The notes under the pieces were generated by a model, which saw only the letters and a list, made by a program, of their open reading frames with translations, did no database searches and was not told where the DNA came from. A program made the translations under genes and the position numbers. A stretch of 64,000 nt of DNA. It comes from Syntrophorhabdaceae bacterium (GTDB lineage: Bacteria; Desulfobacterota; Syntrophorhabdia; Syntrophorhabdales; Syntrophorhabdaceae). The stretch is taken from assembly GCA_963665295.1 (NCBI GenBank), contig OY762209.1:2144001-2208000 (forward strand). The letters run 5' to 3'. Below are positions 28,411-36,857 of the stretch, one piece after another (positions within the stretch are counted from its first letter, which is position 1; the number at the start of each line of letters is the position of its first letter).

Positions 28411-28498
28411 GCCGGAGTGGTGGAATAGGCAGACGCGTCGGACTCAAAATCCGATGGAGCTTGGCTCTGTGCGGGTTCAAGCCCCGCCTCCGGCACCA
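28411..28498 (+). tRNA. tRNA-Leu(CAA)
   Basis: GCCGGAG/CTCCGGC acceptor stem, anticodon arm TCGGA-CTCAAAA-TCCGA, long variable arm, GGTTCAAGCC T-arm, encoded CCA. Confidence 0.97.
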
Positions 28499-28539
28499 AT
28501 AATTCCAAGGATTTATCCTCCTCCGAAAATTCCTTTCAT

Positions 28540-28760
28540 TTACCGTCCTCTGAATTGTGCAGTCTTCGTGCTGTAGACTTTTCGGTGAAGAACATGATCG
28601 AGGGTATTGACCGCCTTTGTCATATGCGAAGGGGCAAGGTGTGCACACCGCAGGGTCATGCTGATATTCTTGTGACCGGGAAGCATCTTGACGGTGGTGA
28701 GATCGAAGCCGCTCATTACAAGGTGAAAAGCGAAGAGGGGATGTCCGGAAAAAGTCTCAA
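28540..28760 (-). pseudogene. C-terminal remnant of a tyrosine recombinase/integrase
   Basis: FAFHLVMSGFDLTTVKMLPGHKNISMTLRCAHLAP matches box II (LLGH...MT.RYAHL). The catalytic Tyr position is Cys, the N-terminal part is absent, and it points toward the tRNA 3' end. Confidence 0.88.
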
Positions 28761-28765
28761 AACTC

Positions 28766-28842
28766 GCTTTCAGAAAGGATTTGCGGGCGGTCCCGAAAGA
28801 AATGGGGTTGCCAATTGAACTATTGAAGGATGTCCCGGTAGC
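28766..28842. repeat. ~76-bp dispersed repeat, copy 1
   Basis: gctttcagaaagga..gcgggcggtcccgaaagaaatggggttgccaattgaactattgaaggatgtcccggtagc. Confidence 0.9.
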
Positions 28843-29050
28843 CCTAATAGTTTGCACCTGGAAGTCGATAACCCAGGCCGAGGGCTCGAGCAAGAGTTAC
28901 GCATAGAAAGCGCTAAGGGGCCAAGAGAAGGGGCGAGGGTGGACCGCACCTACAAAAGCCATGAGCGAAAAATACTTGCACGTGAAAATTGCCAATCGAA
29001 CCTGGCGGCATTCTCTTGGCAATTCATCGATTGCCCTCCCAGTCTCCGCC

Positions 29051-31678
29051 TTACTGAATCGTAAAGGACCGCGTCTCTGAAACCGTCTCTCGGTTGATTG
29101 CATCCCAGGCCCTTATCCTGAAGTAGCCCGGGGCAGTCCCGATGAGCTTCTTTACCGCCTTCCAGTTGGCCATGGACAAAGACTCCCGAAGCGTGACATC
29201 GACGTCGGGATGTTGGGTCGAGTATGTGAAAGTCTTAACCTTCCCCGATTTGCTGAAATCCGACAGGGAACTGACTTCAAGCCTGAATTTTATGTTCGAG
29301 AGGGTAGCAAAATCGAAGACAGGGGCCGTCGCGCCCGGCAGAACCGCGCCGGTTGCCGGAGAGTTGATGGTGACGGCTTGTACTTGGCCTGCCTTAAAGC
29401 TTCTCGCCTCGCTCTCCACAATTGATGCGCCCTTTTTCTTCTGCTTCCCCGTGACCTTCCAATAGACGTTCCGGATCGCCCCGATATTGTTGCTTGATTT
29501 AACGATATTCTTCCATGTCGATGCCGAGGGCGTCCAGGCGGTTTTAGTGCCGGATATGCTTGCAGAAGCAACCGGGGAGTGAAAGTCGGTCTGCGACACG
29601 GAAAAAAGGACCGTGAACCCGGTAAACGATTCAGTGGCGATCCAGCTGAAAGTGGGTTGGCGGCCCGATACAAGGGAATCCGGACCTGCGACCATTGCTT
29701 CCGCCGGCGAGGCAAGGGACAAGAGAGGTGGGGGCAGTCCGGCGTACGTTGTGGCGATTGTCCGTGCCGCTGTATCGGTCCAGTAAAGGGTATCCCCTTC
29801 AGACGCAAGGCCGCACCCCTGCGCGTACTGGTAAAATGAACGGCGCCCGCCGGCCTTGGGCACACCGGAAATACCCCATGGGCTTATCGAGTAAACCAGG
29901 TCCGGTCCGAGGGTGAGATACGTTGACATGGGCTCTGCCATTGCCAGTAACGTGAGAGTGCCGCCTTTTATCGGCACGCTCGTTACGTTTCCGCCCAGAA
30001 TATATAGGTAATCGCCGTCCACGGCAAAGTCCTCTATATCGCCGGTCCTTGCTACAACTGTGACGGCGCCGCCTGTCTTGGGCATCCTGTTAATAATATA
30101 AATATATCCATATCCCGACTGAAAACTTTCGCTGCCCCAGTACACCGTGTCTCCCTTGACTCTCAGGGGAAAACCCGAGGGATTCCATTTTAAATGGTCA
30201 GATGACAGTGTTGAAGTTCCGGTGCCGTCTTTTGCGGTTTTCCGGACAACCGCTTCCATGTCAACGGAGTACACGAATTCATCGTCCGCGTCTATACTCT
30301 GGATCTCGGAAGAAGGGAAGTACACGATCCGTTCCACAGCGCCTCCCGACAGGGGGACCTTCTTGATGGAACAGCCGTCGGGGAAATAAGCGGCGGTGGA
30401 ATCGGTGACAAACTCCATGTTCCTGGATTCGATGCCACGCATCGATATTCCCCCCAGCACCGGGGTGACCGGCCCGCCGTCCTGCGGGACTTTCGCAATC
30501 TGTCCGTCGGTGCGGTTACACGAACGCACCGAATAGTCCTCCGCCCAGTAGAGGTCGGTGTCCCAGACCGCCAACCGGCGGGCGAAGTCCACGCTGCCCG
30601 TGAGCGTGGTGACTATTCCGCCTGTGGTGGGCATTCTCTTAATGGAGCCGGGATTCTTATATCTATCCGCGTTTTCCGACCAGTAGAGATACCCCCCGCC
30701 AACGGCGAGGTCTTGGGGGTAATAGAGATTGTCGACGAGGACCTGCGGCGTTCCGCCGCCAAAAGGAATGACGTTCACCGAGTGGTCGTCGATCCAGTAC
30801 ACGTCCCCGCCGTCGATAACGATCCTCAACGGGCGGTTAGTGGGTCCGGGTTCGGTGCCGAGCTTGTCAGGCGCGAGAACGGCGAGGACGGTCGGAGTTC
30901 CGCCGGAAGCTGAAGACTTCATGAGTCTGTTCCTGCCTTGGGATATGTCGGCAAACACGACCTGCCCTTGATAAGCGGCCATGACCCCATGGATGTAACT
31001 TTGATCGGTTTCTGTTGGAGCGAAGACTACGCCGGCTGCTCCGCCGGAGAGCGGCATCATTCTGATCGTTCCGTGATCGAATCCGGTGTCTGCCTGTTCG
31101 ATCCAATAAAGGTTATCGTTGTCCCGCGCGAGTGACAGGATAGGGGCCTGCGTGGAATATAGCGTAGCGGCTTCATCCCCGGTTGTTGAGATCTTCTCGA
31201 TGATATTTGGAAAGCGTGTGAGTCCGGATGCCCAGTTCTCTAAGGGGGTCCAGTAGATGAAACCGTCGTGGGTCACTACATTCTGATAGGCTAGAGTCCG
31301 CAATCTACCGGTGAATCTGTTCGACAGGGCCGTGGTAATCGTGCCGTCAAGGGAGGACTTGTTAAGTCTTATCCGGCTTGGTTGCATCACGAGGTCGGTG
31401 GCCTCGATCCAATAGATATCCCCGTCATAGACCGTAAGGCTTATGGGGGTTCCCATGGGTTTAGCGAGAGAAATTATGTCTCCTCCGCTTTTCAGCCTGG
31501 TCCGAATAGATGCATCATCCAATTGAGACCAGATGAGCCTGTCGCCCTGAACGCCCACGAAGCAACTCTCAACATCGGAAACCAGAACTTGGCCGGCCGC
31601 CATCAGCATTCCCGTTGTCGCGGCAAAGATAGACGCCGCGAGTACCAGCGCAAAGGCAATCCGCTGGATTCTCTGCAT
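29051..31678 (-). CDS. Large secreted beta-propeller repeat protein with C-terminal beta-sandwich-like domains
   Basis: Signal peptide MQRIQRIAFALVLAA; many 'D...YW' blades and 'P..GG' motifs; GGGAGGG RBS. Confidence 0.8.
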   Translation of the reverse strand: MQRIQRIAFALVLAASIFAATTGMLMAAGQVLVSDVESCFVGVQGDRLIWSQLDDASIRTRLKSGGDIISLAKPMGTPISLTVYDGDIYWIEATDLVMQPSRIRLNKSSLDGTITTALSNRFTGRLRTLAYQNVVTHDGFIYWTPLENWASGLTRFPNIIEKISTTGDEAATLYSTQAPILSLARDNDNLYWIEQADTGFDHGTIRMMPLSGGAAGVVFAPTETDQSYIHGVMAAYQGQVVFADISQGRNRLMKSSASGGTPTVLAVLAPDKLGTEPGPTNRPLRIVIDGGDVYWIDDHSVNVIPFGGGTPQVLVDNLYYPQDLAVGGGYLYWSENADRYKNPGSIKRMPTTGGIVTTLTGSVDFARRLAVWDTDLYWAEDYSVRSCNRTDGQIAKVPQDGGPVTPVLGGISMRGIESRNMEFVTDSTAAYFPDGCSIKKVPLSGGAVERIVYFPSSEIQSIDADDEFVYSVDMEAVVRKTAKDGTGTSTLSSDHLKWNPSGFPLRVKGDTVYWGSESFQSGYGYIYIINRMPKTGGAVTVVARTGDIEDFAVDGDYLYILGGNVTSVPIKGGTLTLLAMAEPMSTYLTLGPDLVYSISPWGISGVPKAGGRRSFYQYAQGCGLASEGDTLYWTDTAARTIATTYAGLPPPLLSLASPAEAMVAGPDSLVSGRQPTFSWIATESFTGFTVLFSVSQTDFHSPVASASISGTKTAWTPSASTWKNIVKSSNNIGAIRNVYWKVTGKQKKKGASIVESEARSFKAGQVQAVTINSPATGAVLPGATAPVFDFATLSNIKFRLEVSSLSDFSKSGKVKTFTYSTQHPDVDVTLRESLSMANWKAVKKLIGTAPGYFRIRAWDAINRETVSETRSFTIQ

Positions 31679-32113
31679 TAGCCCTCCCTCCCTATCAACA
31701 GATCCGGGGCAAGATGATTTGCTCATATCAAAATGTGCCCGGTGAAAGCACTTTACCCAAAGTATCTCCTAATTGGCACAATTGTGCAAGAAAAAAACCA
31801 ACAAATGAAAAAAGAGACTAATAGGTCAATGCGCCGCGTCAAACAGAGGCCGTAGTGTAGTTGACAGAGCCGCAAACCTTTCACGCCACATTCCTGTAAA
31901 GGTCACCATGTGTTCATTGTCCCCCTTTCTTTTGGATTTCAAGTTTAAAATCAATAAAGGACGCGAAAAGTGCAACACAGTATCATTTGAAATCAAGTGC
32001 CGCCCGGCAGGGGTAGGATAATGGCTTCAGGAAGGAAGGCAAAAATGTTTTTTTATGAGAACCTGCCCATTACGTGCAGAAAGCGTTCAATCGACGAAAC
32101 AGAGTGAGGTACT

Positions 32114-32189
32114 GCTTTCAGGAAGGAGCCGCGGGCGGTCCGAAAGAAATGGGGTTGCCAATTGAACTATTGAAGGATGTCCCGGTAGC
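32114..32189. repeat. ~76-bp dispersed repeat, copy 2
   Basis: gctttcaggaaggagccgcgggcggtccgaaagaaatggggttgccaattgaactattgaaggatgtcccggtagc. Confidence 0.92.
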
Positions 32190-32303
32190 TCTCCGCTCGG
32201 ACAAAAGAGGCCGTGCGATCATCTGAAATAACGGTGAGACTCTACAGAAACGCGGCGGCGGGTGACGGGAACGAATCTCAGATCGAGTCTCAGCTACTAC
32301 ACG

Positions 32304-32522
32304 CTAAGCGGCCACGGTGTGAATGTCAGAGGGAAGTCGGCTCAGAATCAATTCCTTAAGTTGAATCTTCGTGCTTGCGTTGTCGATGTCGATGCCCACC
32401 AGATTGCCCTCAGCGTCATAATCCAGGACGATGCCTTCCGAGACCTCTCTGCTCTCGGCACTTTCTTTTTCCGAAAGATCAATATAGAGGGAATCGGTCT
32501 CCGGGTAATAATTAAGTTTCAT
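32304..32522 (-). CDS. DUF2283-like small acidic protein (putative antitoxin)
   Basis: MKLNYYPETDSLYI..SREVSEGIVLDYDAEGNLVGIDI; ATGA overlap with the upstream gene; AGGAGG RBS. Confidence 0.85.
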   Translation of the reverse strand: MKLNYYPETDSLYIDLSEKESAESREVSEGIVLDYDAEGNLVGIDIDNASTKIQLKELILSRLPSDIHTVAA

Positions 32523-32758
32523 GGCGTAAACCTCCTGTCGGGAAACGAGTGTGGATGGTCTTTTTGTCTGCCAGCGTGACTACTCGCAACACACGGCCTC
32601 CAAGTTCGTCGATAATGCCCCAAACGGAAACGGTTCTGCTCTTGCGGCTCGATCCTGATTGGATTTTCGATCACTCGTATACACCATTCCTTCTTCAAGT
32701 ATGGCCTCTTCCGCAGAACCTCATCCTCAAAATAAGCAGTGAATCCGTAATCGTCCAT
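32519..32758 (-). pseudogene. Putative toxin partner of the DUF2283 protein, carrying two compensating frameshifts
   Basis: YFEDEVLRKRPYLKKEWC..NP start and FPDRRF end are in frame; the plausible middle WGIIDELGGRVLRVVTLADKKTIH lies in another frame. Confidence 0.7.
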
Positions 32759-32895
32759 GCAACCCTATTATAACATAACGGCCAGTGCGGTAAAAGTTGT
32801 CTCTTGCATCTTAGTCTTTCAGGCGAAGAAGACGGCTAGAACACGTCGTTAAGGAGCGGAGCCCGTTTTTCTGGCCGAATCCGAATGCCTTTCGC

Positions 32896-33579
32896 TTAGA
32901 CCTCCTCACGGAAGTGAGCCCCTTGTCGCAATCTTTGTTGAATATGCCAGATGAGTCGTTCTCTGCTATAAACATCCATTGCACGCATTCCGCTTAACAT
33001 ACCGCCCAGGAAGAAAGGTCTGGTCTTATCGCCACGCGCGTAATGACACCCGTCAGTGGAGTCATACTCCAGCGGAAGATGAGCCTTTATAATTGCAGAA
33101 GCCAAAGCATTAATTACCACTATTAATCTCGGTGTGGATATCTCCAAAGCCTTCGCAAATAGATCGAATTGTTTTTGACCAAAACCGGTCAATTGTCTCT
33201 TTTCGGTATCATAGACCTTGGCCTTTGCCTCTTTTTGTGAGGTTTCCCTCAACATAAAAACGTCTAAATGAGCCCATCGCAGTCGAAGCCTATCAGCTAC
33301 GGTCTTTAAAGGGCTGAAGTAAGGCAAGTGATTTTGCGTCCATCTTTCCTGCCGAATAACCTGCGCCACGTTAATCTTATCTAGGGTCTCTATACCATAA
33401 GGATGATCCCAATTCCGTTCCCGTAGCATCTCAGGAAAGGATGGATTAAGGCTTACGAATAGCGCACACGAGTCTCCACTGGGAGGAAATAGAAGCGGAA
33501 TTTTGTCACCGCGCTCCTCTGGAGAGGCTTCTTTCCAGACACATACAATCTTTTCGTTTATATCCCTATAACTTGGCAT
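32896..33579 (-). CDS. AT-rich hypothetical protein, possibly uracil-DNA glycosylase-like fold
   Basis: 227-aa ORF with GGAGAG RBS; LFVSLNPS and PRLIVVINA motifs; codon usage differs from the backbone. Confidence 0.65.
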   Translation of the reverse strand: MPSYRDINEKIVCVWKEASPEERGDKIPLLFPPSGDSCALFVSLNPSFPEMLRERNWDHPYGIETLDKINVAQVIRQERWTQNHLPYFSPLKTVADRLRLRWAHLDVFMLRETSQKEAKAKVYDTEKRQLTGFGQKQFDLFAKALEISTPRLIVVINALASAIIKAHLPLEYDSTDGCHYARGDKTRPFFLGGMLSGMRAMDVYSRERLIWHIQQRLRQGAHFREEV

Positions 33580-33770
33580 TCATCTCTCCATTCTTGAAAC
33601 CATCCGGCGCAGAAGTGGGAACACCGTACGGGACGTTCGTGAAATTGTGACATTTGATATTCCCCAGAGAATCATGCCCCTCATATTGAGTCTATTCTGC
33701 TCCACTGTTAATAAAACTTCAAGCACAATCTTGCGGCCGGGAGCTTGAATGCCTTATCAAAGCCAGCACA

Positions 33771-33817
33771 ACGCCGACCAATGCCGACCAATGCCGACCA
33801 ATGCCGACCAATGCCGA
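33771..33817. repeat. Tandem decamer (ATGCCGACCA)n, about 4.7 units
   Basis: acgccgacca atgccgacca atgccgacca atgccgacca atgccga. Confidence 0.95.
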
Positions 33818-33825
33818 AGGCTCGA

Positions 33826-33904
33826 CTTCAGGAAGGAGCCGCGGGCGGTTCCGAAAAAGATGGGGGTGGTTGTCAATTGAACTATTGAAGGATGTCCCGG
33901 TAGC
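33826..33904. repeat. ~76-bp dispersed repeat, copy 3
   Basis: cttcaggaaggagccgcgggcggttccgaaaaagatgggggtggttgtcaattgaactattgaaggatgtcccggtagc. Confidence 0.9.
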
Positions 33905-33979
33905 CCCCCCCTTGAGCGGGGCCATTAGCGCCTTGTACGCCTCTTCGTCTACCGTGAACGACTTGATCTTCTTTGCCAT
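33905..33979 (-). pseudogene. N-terminal stub of a ribbon-helix-helix/CopG-like protein, cut at repeat copy 3
   Basis: AAAGGTGG RBS then MAKKIKSFTVDEEAYKALM (beta strand plus helix); the frame then runs into repeat-derived sequence. Confidence 0.5.
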
Positions 33980-34062
33980 AGTGTCCCACCTTTCCAGATA
34001 TCAGAATCTCCACCAGAAATAAGAGGTTTCATTGTTGTAAGCCGCGGCGTCTAAAGGTATAA

Positions 34063-34779
34063 TTGGAAGCAAATAAGCTTATTACCACCATATATCAGGT
34101 GTTGTCTGTGAATAGATTGCGTGAGCGAGTACGGTTAAGGTTTCGTGGGTCGGGCAGAGAGAGGGGGTTTGGAATCCCGCTGATTCTGGCTTTGACGGCG
34201 TTAATCCTTTTTGGCTGTCAGACGCTGCCGCCGGGAATGGCGCGGGTGAACGCGCCTGGTCAACGGTATGCAGCGAAGGATTTCACAGTTTCTGCTCCAA
34301 AAGGTGAGGAGTGGTATGTGCAGCAGCCGGGCGAGGATTCCATTCTGTTTTACAAGATGGCTGATGTCTCTTCGGCTCATACGATTGTTGCCGGTGTGAA
34401 GCCATTTGTGCCGCCGTCCCTTCCGACGACACGGGGTGAATTTGAGACCCTTCTGAGAGGCACCTTTGAGGAGCAACAAAAGCAATCTAAACGATACGAT
34501 ACAGACTTTGAGGTCGCTCCGGACAGCCTATTTGGAGAATATTCTGTTTTCGTTCATTCACGTTCGAAGGACTTCAATCCGGCAAAATTGCCTTCTGGTG
34601 CCGAATATCTCCTTCTCGATATCTATGGGTACTACATCAGGATCCCGGAGAGCGATACTTTCCTTTATGTATGGTATTCGGAGCGCTGCATGCCCGCAGA
34701 TGCAGATCCGGCCTTGTCGGAAAAGGCCCACCTCTTCTTCGATTCGTTTCAGTTGTCATCCATCAGGAGCGCACCATGA
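34063..34779 (+). CDS. Hypothetical lipoprotein (start uncertain)
   Basis: Hydrophobic stretch ending LILFGC. Confidence 0.7.
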   Translation: MEANKLITTIYQVLSVNRLRERVRLRFRGSGRERGFGIPLILALTALILFGCQTLPPGMARVNAPGQRYAAKDFTVSAPKGEEWYVQQPGEDSILFYKMADVSSAHTIVAGVKPFVPPSLPTTRGEFETLLRGTFEEQQKQSKRYDTDFEVAPDSLFGEYSVFVHSRSKDFNPAKLPSGAEYLLLDIYGYYIRIPESDTFLYVWYSERCMPADADPALSEKAHLFFDSFQLSSIRSAP

Positions 34780-35510
34780 GTGACTCCGTGCCACGAATCG
34801 TCAATAAAGCACTCATCTGTTTGCTCGGATTTCTTCTTGCCGGCTGCCTGCATGTCAGTATTCCCCAGGACAGGTTAGCAGCCATGAAAAGGGTCGGAGT
34901 AGTATCCTTTCTCGGTGATGTGATTGAACTTAGGGACGAACAGTTATTTCCGCCGGGTATCGTCCCGGCACCCTTCGGAGTCCCGAGCTGGGGAATCGAC
35001 CGATATACCCGGGAGTTGGTAGCGGGCGAAATCGTCCGTCACGGCGTGGAGGTCGTTCCCTTTGAGTATGACTACGAGGCGCTTTGGAAGAAGAATTATG
35101 ATGGCCCCGATATCAGGACCTTCAGATTGAGAGATTCCGTTAAGGACGCCCTTTCGGATATCGCCCAGCGCAACGACCTCGATACACTCATCATCGTGTA
35201 TGGTCTGCCAAGCCACGAACCGACTGCCCCATATCAAATTTTACCCATTTGCCTAATCAGGTACCATGGATTTGCCGGGAGATCGGTCAGCTACTATGTG
35301 CGCGCCACGATAAGGGTTCTCGATGGAAAGTCCATGGAGACTGTCGGGAGTGGAGGGTTCTTTTACAAAGAGGCTCTTGATGTGTCTTTCTGGCCTCCTT
35401 TTTCCGACACCAGCCAACTGTTGCTTCTGGAGAGTAAGACAAAGCGCATTATGAAAGAGAAGATTGCTACAGAGGTGAAAGAACTGGGTTTCGACGAAAC
35501 AGCGAAATAA
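34776..35510 (+). CDS. Hypothetical lipoprotein
   Basis: ATGA overlap with the previous gene; AGGAG RBS; lipobox LLAGC. Confidence 0.78.
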   Translation: MSDSVPRIVNKALICLLGFLLAGCLHVSIPQDRLAAMKRVGVVSFLGDVIELRDEQLFPPGIVPAPFGVPSWGIDRYTRELVAGEIVRHGVEVVPFEYDYEALWKKNYDGPDIRTFRLRDSVKDALSDIAQRNDLDTLIIVYGLPSHEPTAPYQILPICLIRYHGFAGRSVSYYVRATIRVLDGKSMETVGSGGFFYKEALDVSFWPPFSDTSQLLLLESKTKRIMKEKIATEVKELGFDETAK

Positions 35511-35531
35511 ACAGTGACAAGTAGGAAGACC

Positions 35532-35747
35532 TCACGAAGGCCCTCCTCGATCAATTTTCCAAAGCCCCCCGTAAGTGCCCTGAATAACCTTGTCTTTCAA
35601 CTTACTTGTGAGCCTGAATATCCCGAACTCAGCCCCGCAACTGTCGCACCGGAAGTATCTGACTCTCTCCCCACAGAGAAGGCCACCGGGTTTGATGATG
35701 GGAATCACTCCACAGACGGGACAATAACCATTATATATAGTGTCCAT
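35532..35747 (-). CDS. Small zinc-ribbon-like protein
   Basis: CPVCG and CDSCG pairs in a 71-aa ORF. Confidence 0.5.
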   Translation of the reverse strand: MDTIYNGYCPVCGVIPIIKPGGLLCGERVRYFRCDSCGAEFGIFRLTSKLKDKVIQGTYGGLWKIDRGGPS

Positions 35748-36129
35748 AAATCTCTGCACTTGTCGATGTAGGTCAATCGTCGCAGTACCCCTGCGCCTCC
35801 CCAATACAACACATGAAAGTGAATCACGTCTTTTTCTTGATACTCCAATCCTCTTACCTAGGTGACGCCCTTACCCTCATCGCCATAACGCCGACCGAAG
35901 AGGCTCCTGTTCATATCCCTAGTGAATCTCGGGAAGTTGTGGGGAGTCTTATTCGGACCATATATCCGGGCCCGGGCGGGTGTGCCGAGACGGCCGCGGG
36001 CCGGTGCACCTATATGGGCCGACCCCGTGCGGGGGTCAAACAGAGGGTTTTGTCTCAATTGACAACCGGCCATGGGCTGCTATACTTGATATTGATGAAA
36101 TATTTCCCATTTAAAAGGGGGCAACTGTT

Positions 36130-36573
36130 ATGGGCCTTATGGAGCCGGTGAAACTGAGAGTATTGACAATGCGGGACCTCGACGCCGTGGCGGAGATAGA
36201 CTTCGACCTGCTAGGGAAGGATAGAAAGGAATACTGGGAGACGAGGCTTGAACATTCGGCCGTCTTCGGAGTGCCCTGCCTCGCGGCGGAGGTGGACGGC
36301 AAGGTGGTGGGCTTCGTGCTCGGGACTGCGAGCGGCTGGGAGTATGGCATTCCCGAGAATGTGGCGTGGATAGACACGATAGGCGTGGTGAGCGAGTACC
36401 GGAACAACGGCATCGCGCGGCTTCTCCTTAAAGAGATGGTTTCCATGTTCAAGAAGGTGGGCATAGACACGGTGTACATCTTTGTGAATTGGAGGGACTT
36501 GGAGCTGCTTCAGTTTTTTGACAAGATGGGATTCAAACGTGGCGACATGATCAATCTGGAATTGAGCATATAG
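36130..36573 (+). CDS. GNAT-family N-acetyltransferase
   Basis: AEVDGKVVGF, WIDTIGV..YRNNGIA and FFDKMGF motifs. Confidence 0.92.
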   Translation: MGLMEPVKLRVLTMRDLDAVAEIDFDLLGKDRKEYWETRLEHSAVFGVPCLAAEVDGKVVGFVLGTASGWEYGIPENVAWIDTIGVVSEYRNNGIARLLLKEMVSMFKKVGIDTVYIFVNWRDLELLQFFDKMGFKRGDMINLELSI

Positions 36574-36782
36574 CGGTGATCCCCCCGGTAACGGCGCTGT
36601 CGCGGAAAGGCCGCGCCTCCTCGTGATCTGATCCCTCTCAAAGACCTGCAGGTTAAGCAGTCCCATTGGACAAGGCTATATAACTGCGCGAAAAGACGGG
36701 TATAATGACGGCGGGAGAGGTCTGCCCAAAGAGGGCGCAGAGGAAAAATAACACCCCCTGAACATCTTTTGTATCTTTTGTC

Positions 36783-36818
36783 TTGACATGAAAGGTGTTC
36801 AAATATAATATTAGAACA
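36783..36818 (+). promoter_or_regulatory. Sigma70 promoter overlapped by a palindromic operator
   Basis: TTGACA-17 nt-TAATAT; TGTTCAAATAT-A-ATATTAGAACA (36796-36818) is a palindrome with one mismatch. Confidence 0.7.
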
Positions 36819-36857
36819 AATACATTTTTTCACAATCAAATAGAAAGCGAGGGACCT

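Noticed and set aside
28540..28893. Intact 117-aa integrase ORF
   Set aside because: The N-terminal half is translation of the repeat and flanking DNA, the catalytic Tyr is lost, and it is far too short.
31773..31790. Sigma54 promoter TTGGCACAATTGTGCA
   Set aside because: GG-to-GC spacing is 9 nt, not 10; it is simply a palindrome (GCACAATTGTGC).
32830..32902. Possible integron attC site downstream of the 227-aa gene
   Set aside because: Only the distal part (CCTTAACGACGTGTT) looks attC-like. The proximal box is GTCTAAG rather than RYYYAAC, the arms do not pair, and there is no IntI.
28766..33904. CRISPR array interpretation of the three repeats
   Set aside because: Repeats are ~76 bp and separated by 1.6-3.3 kb of genes; there are no cas genes.
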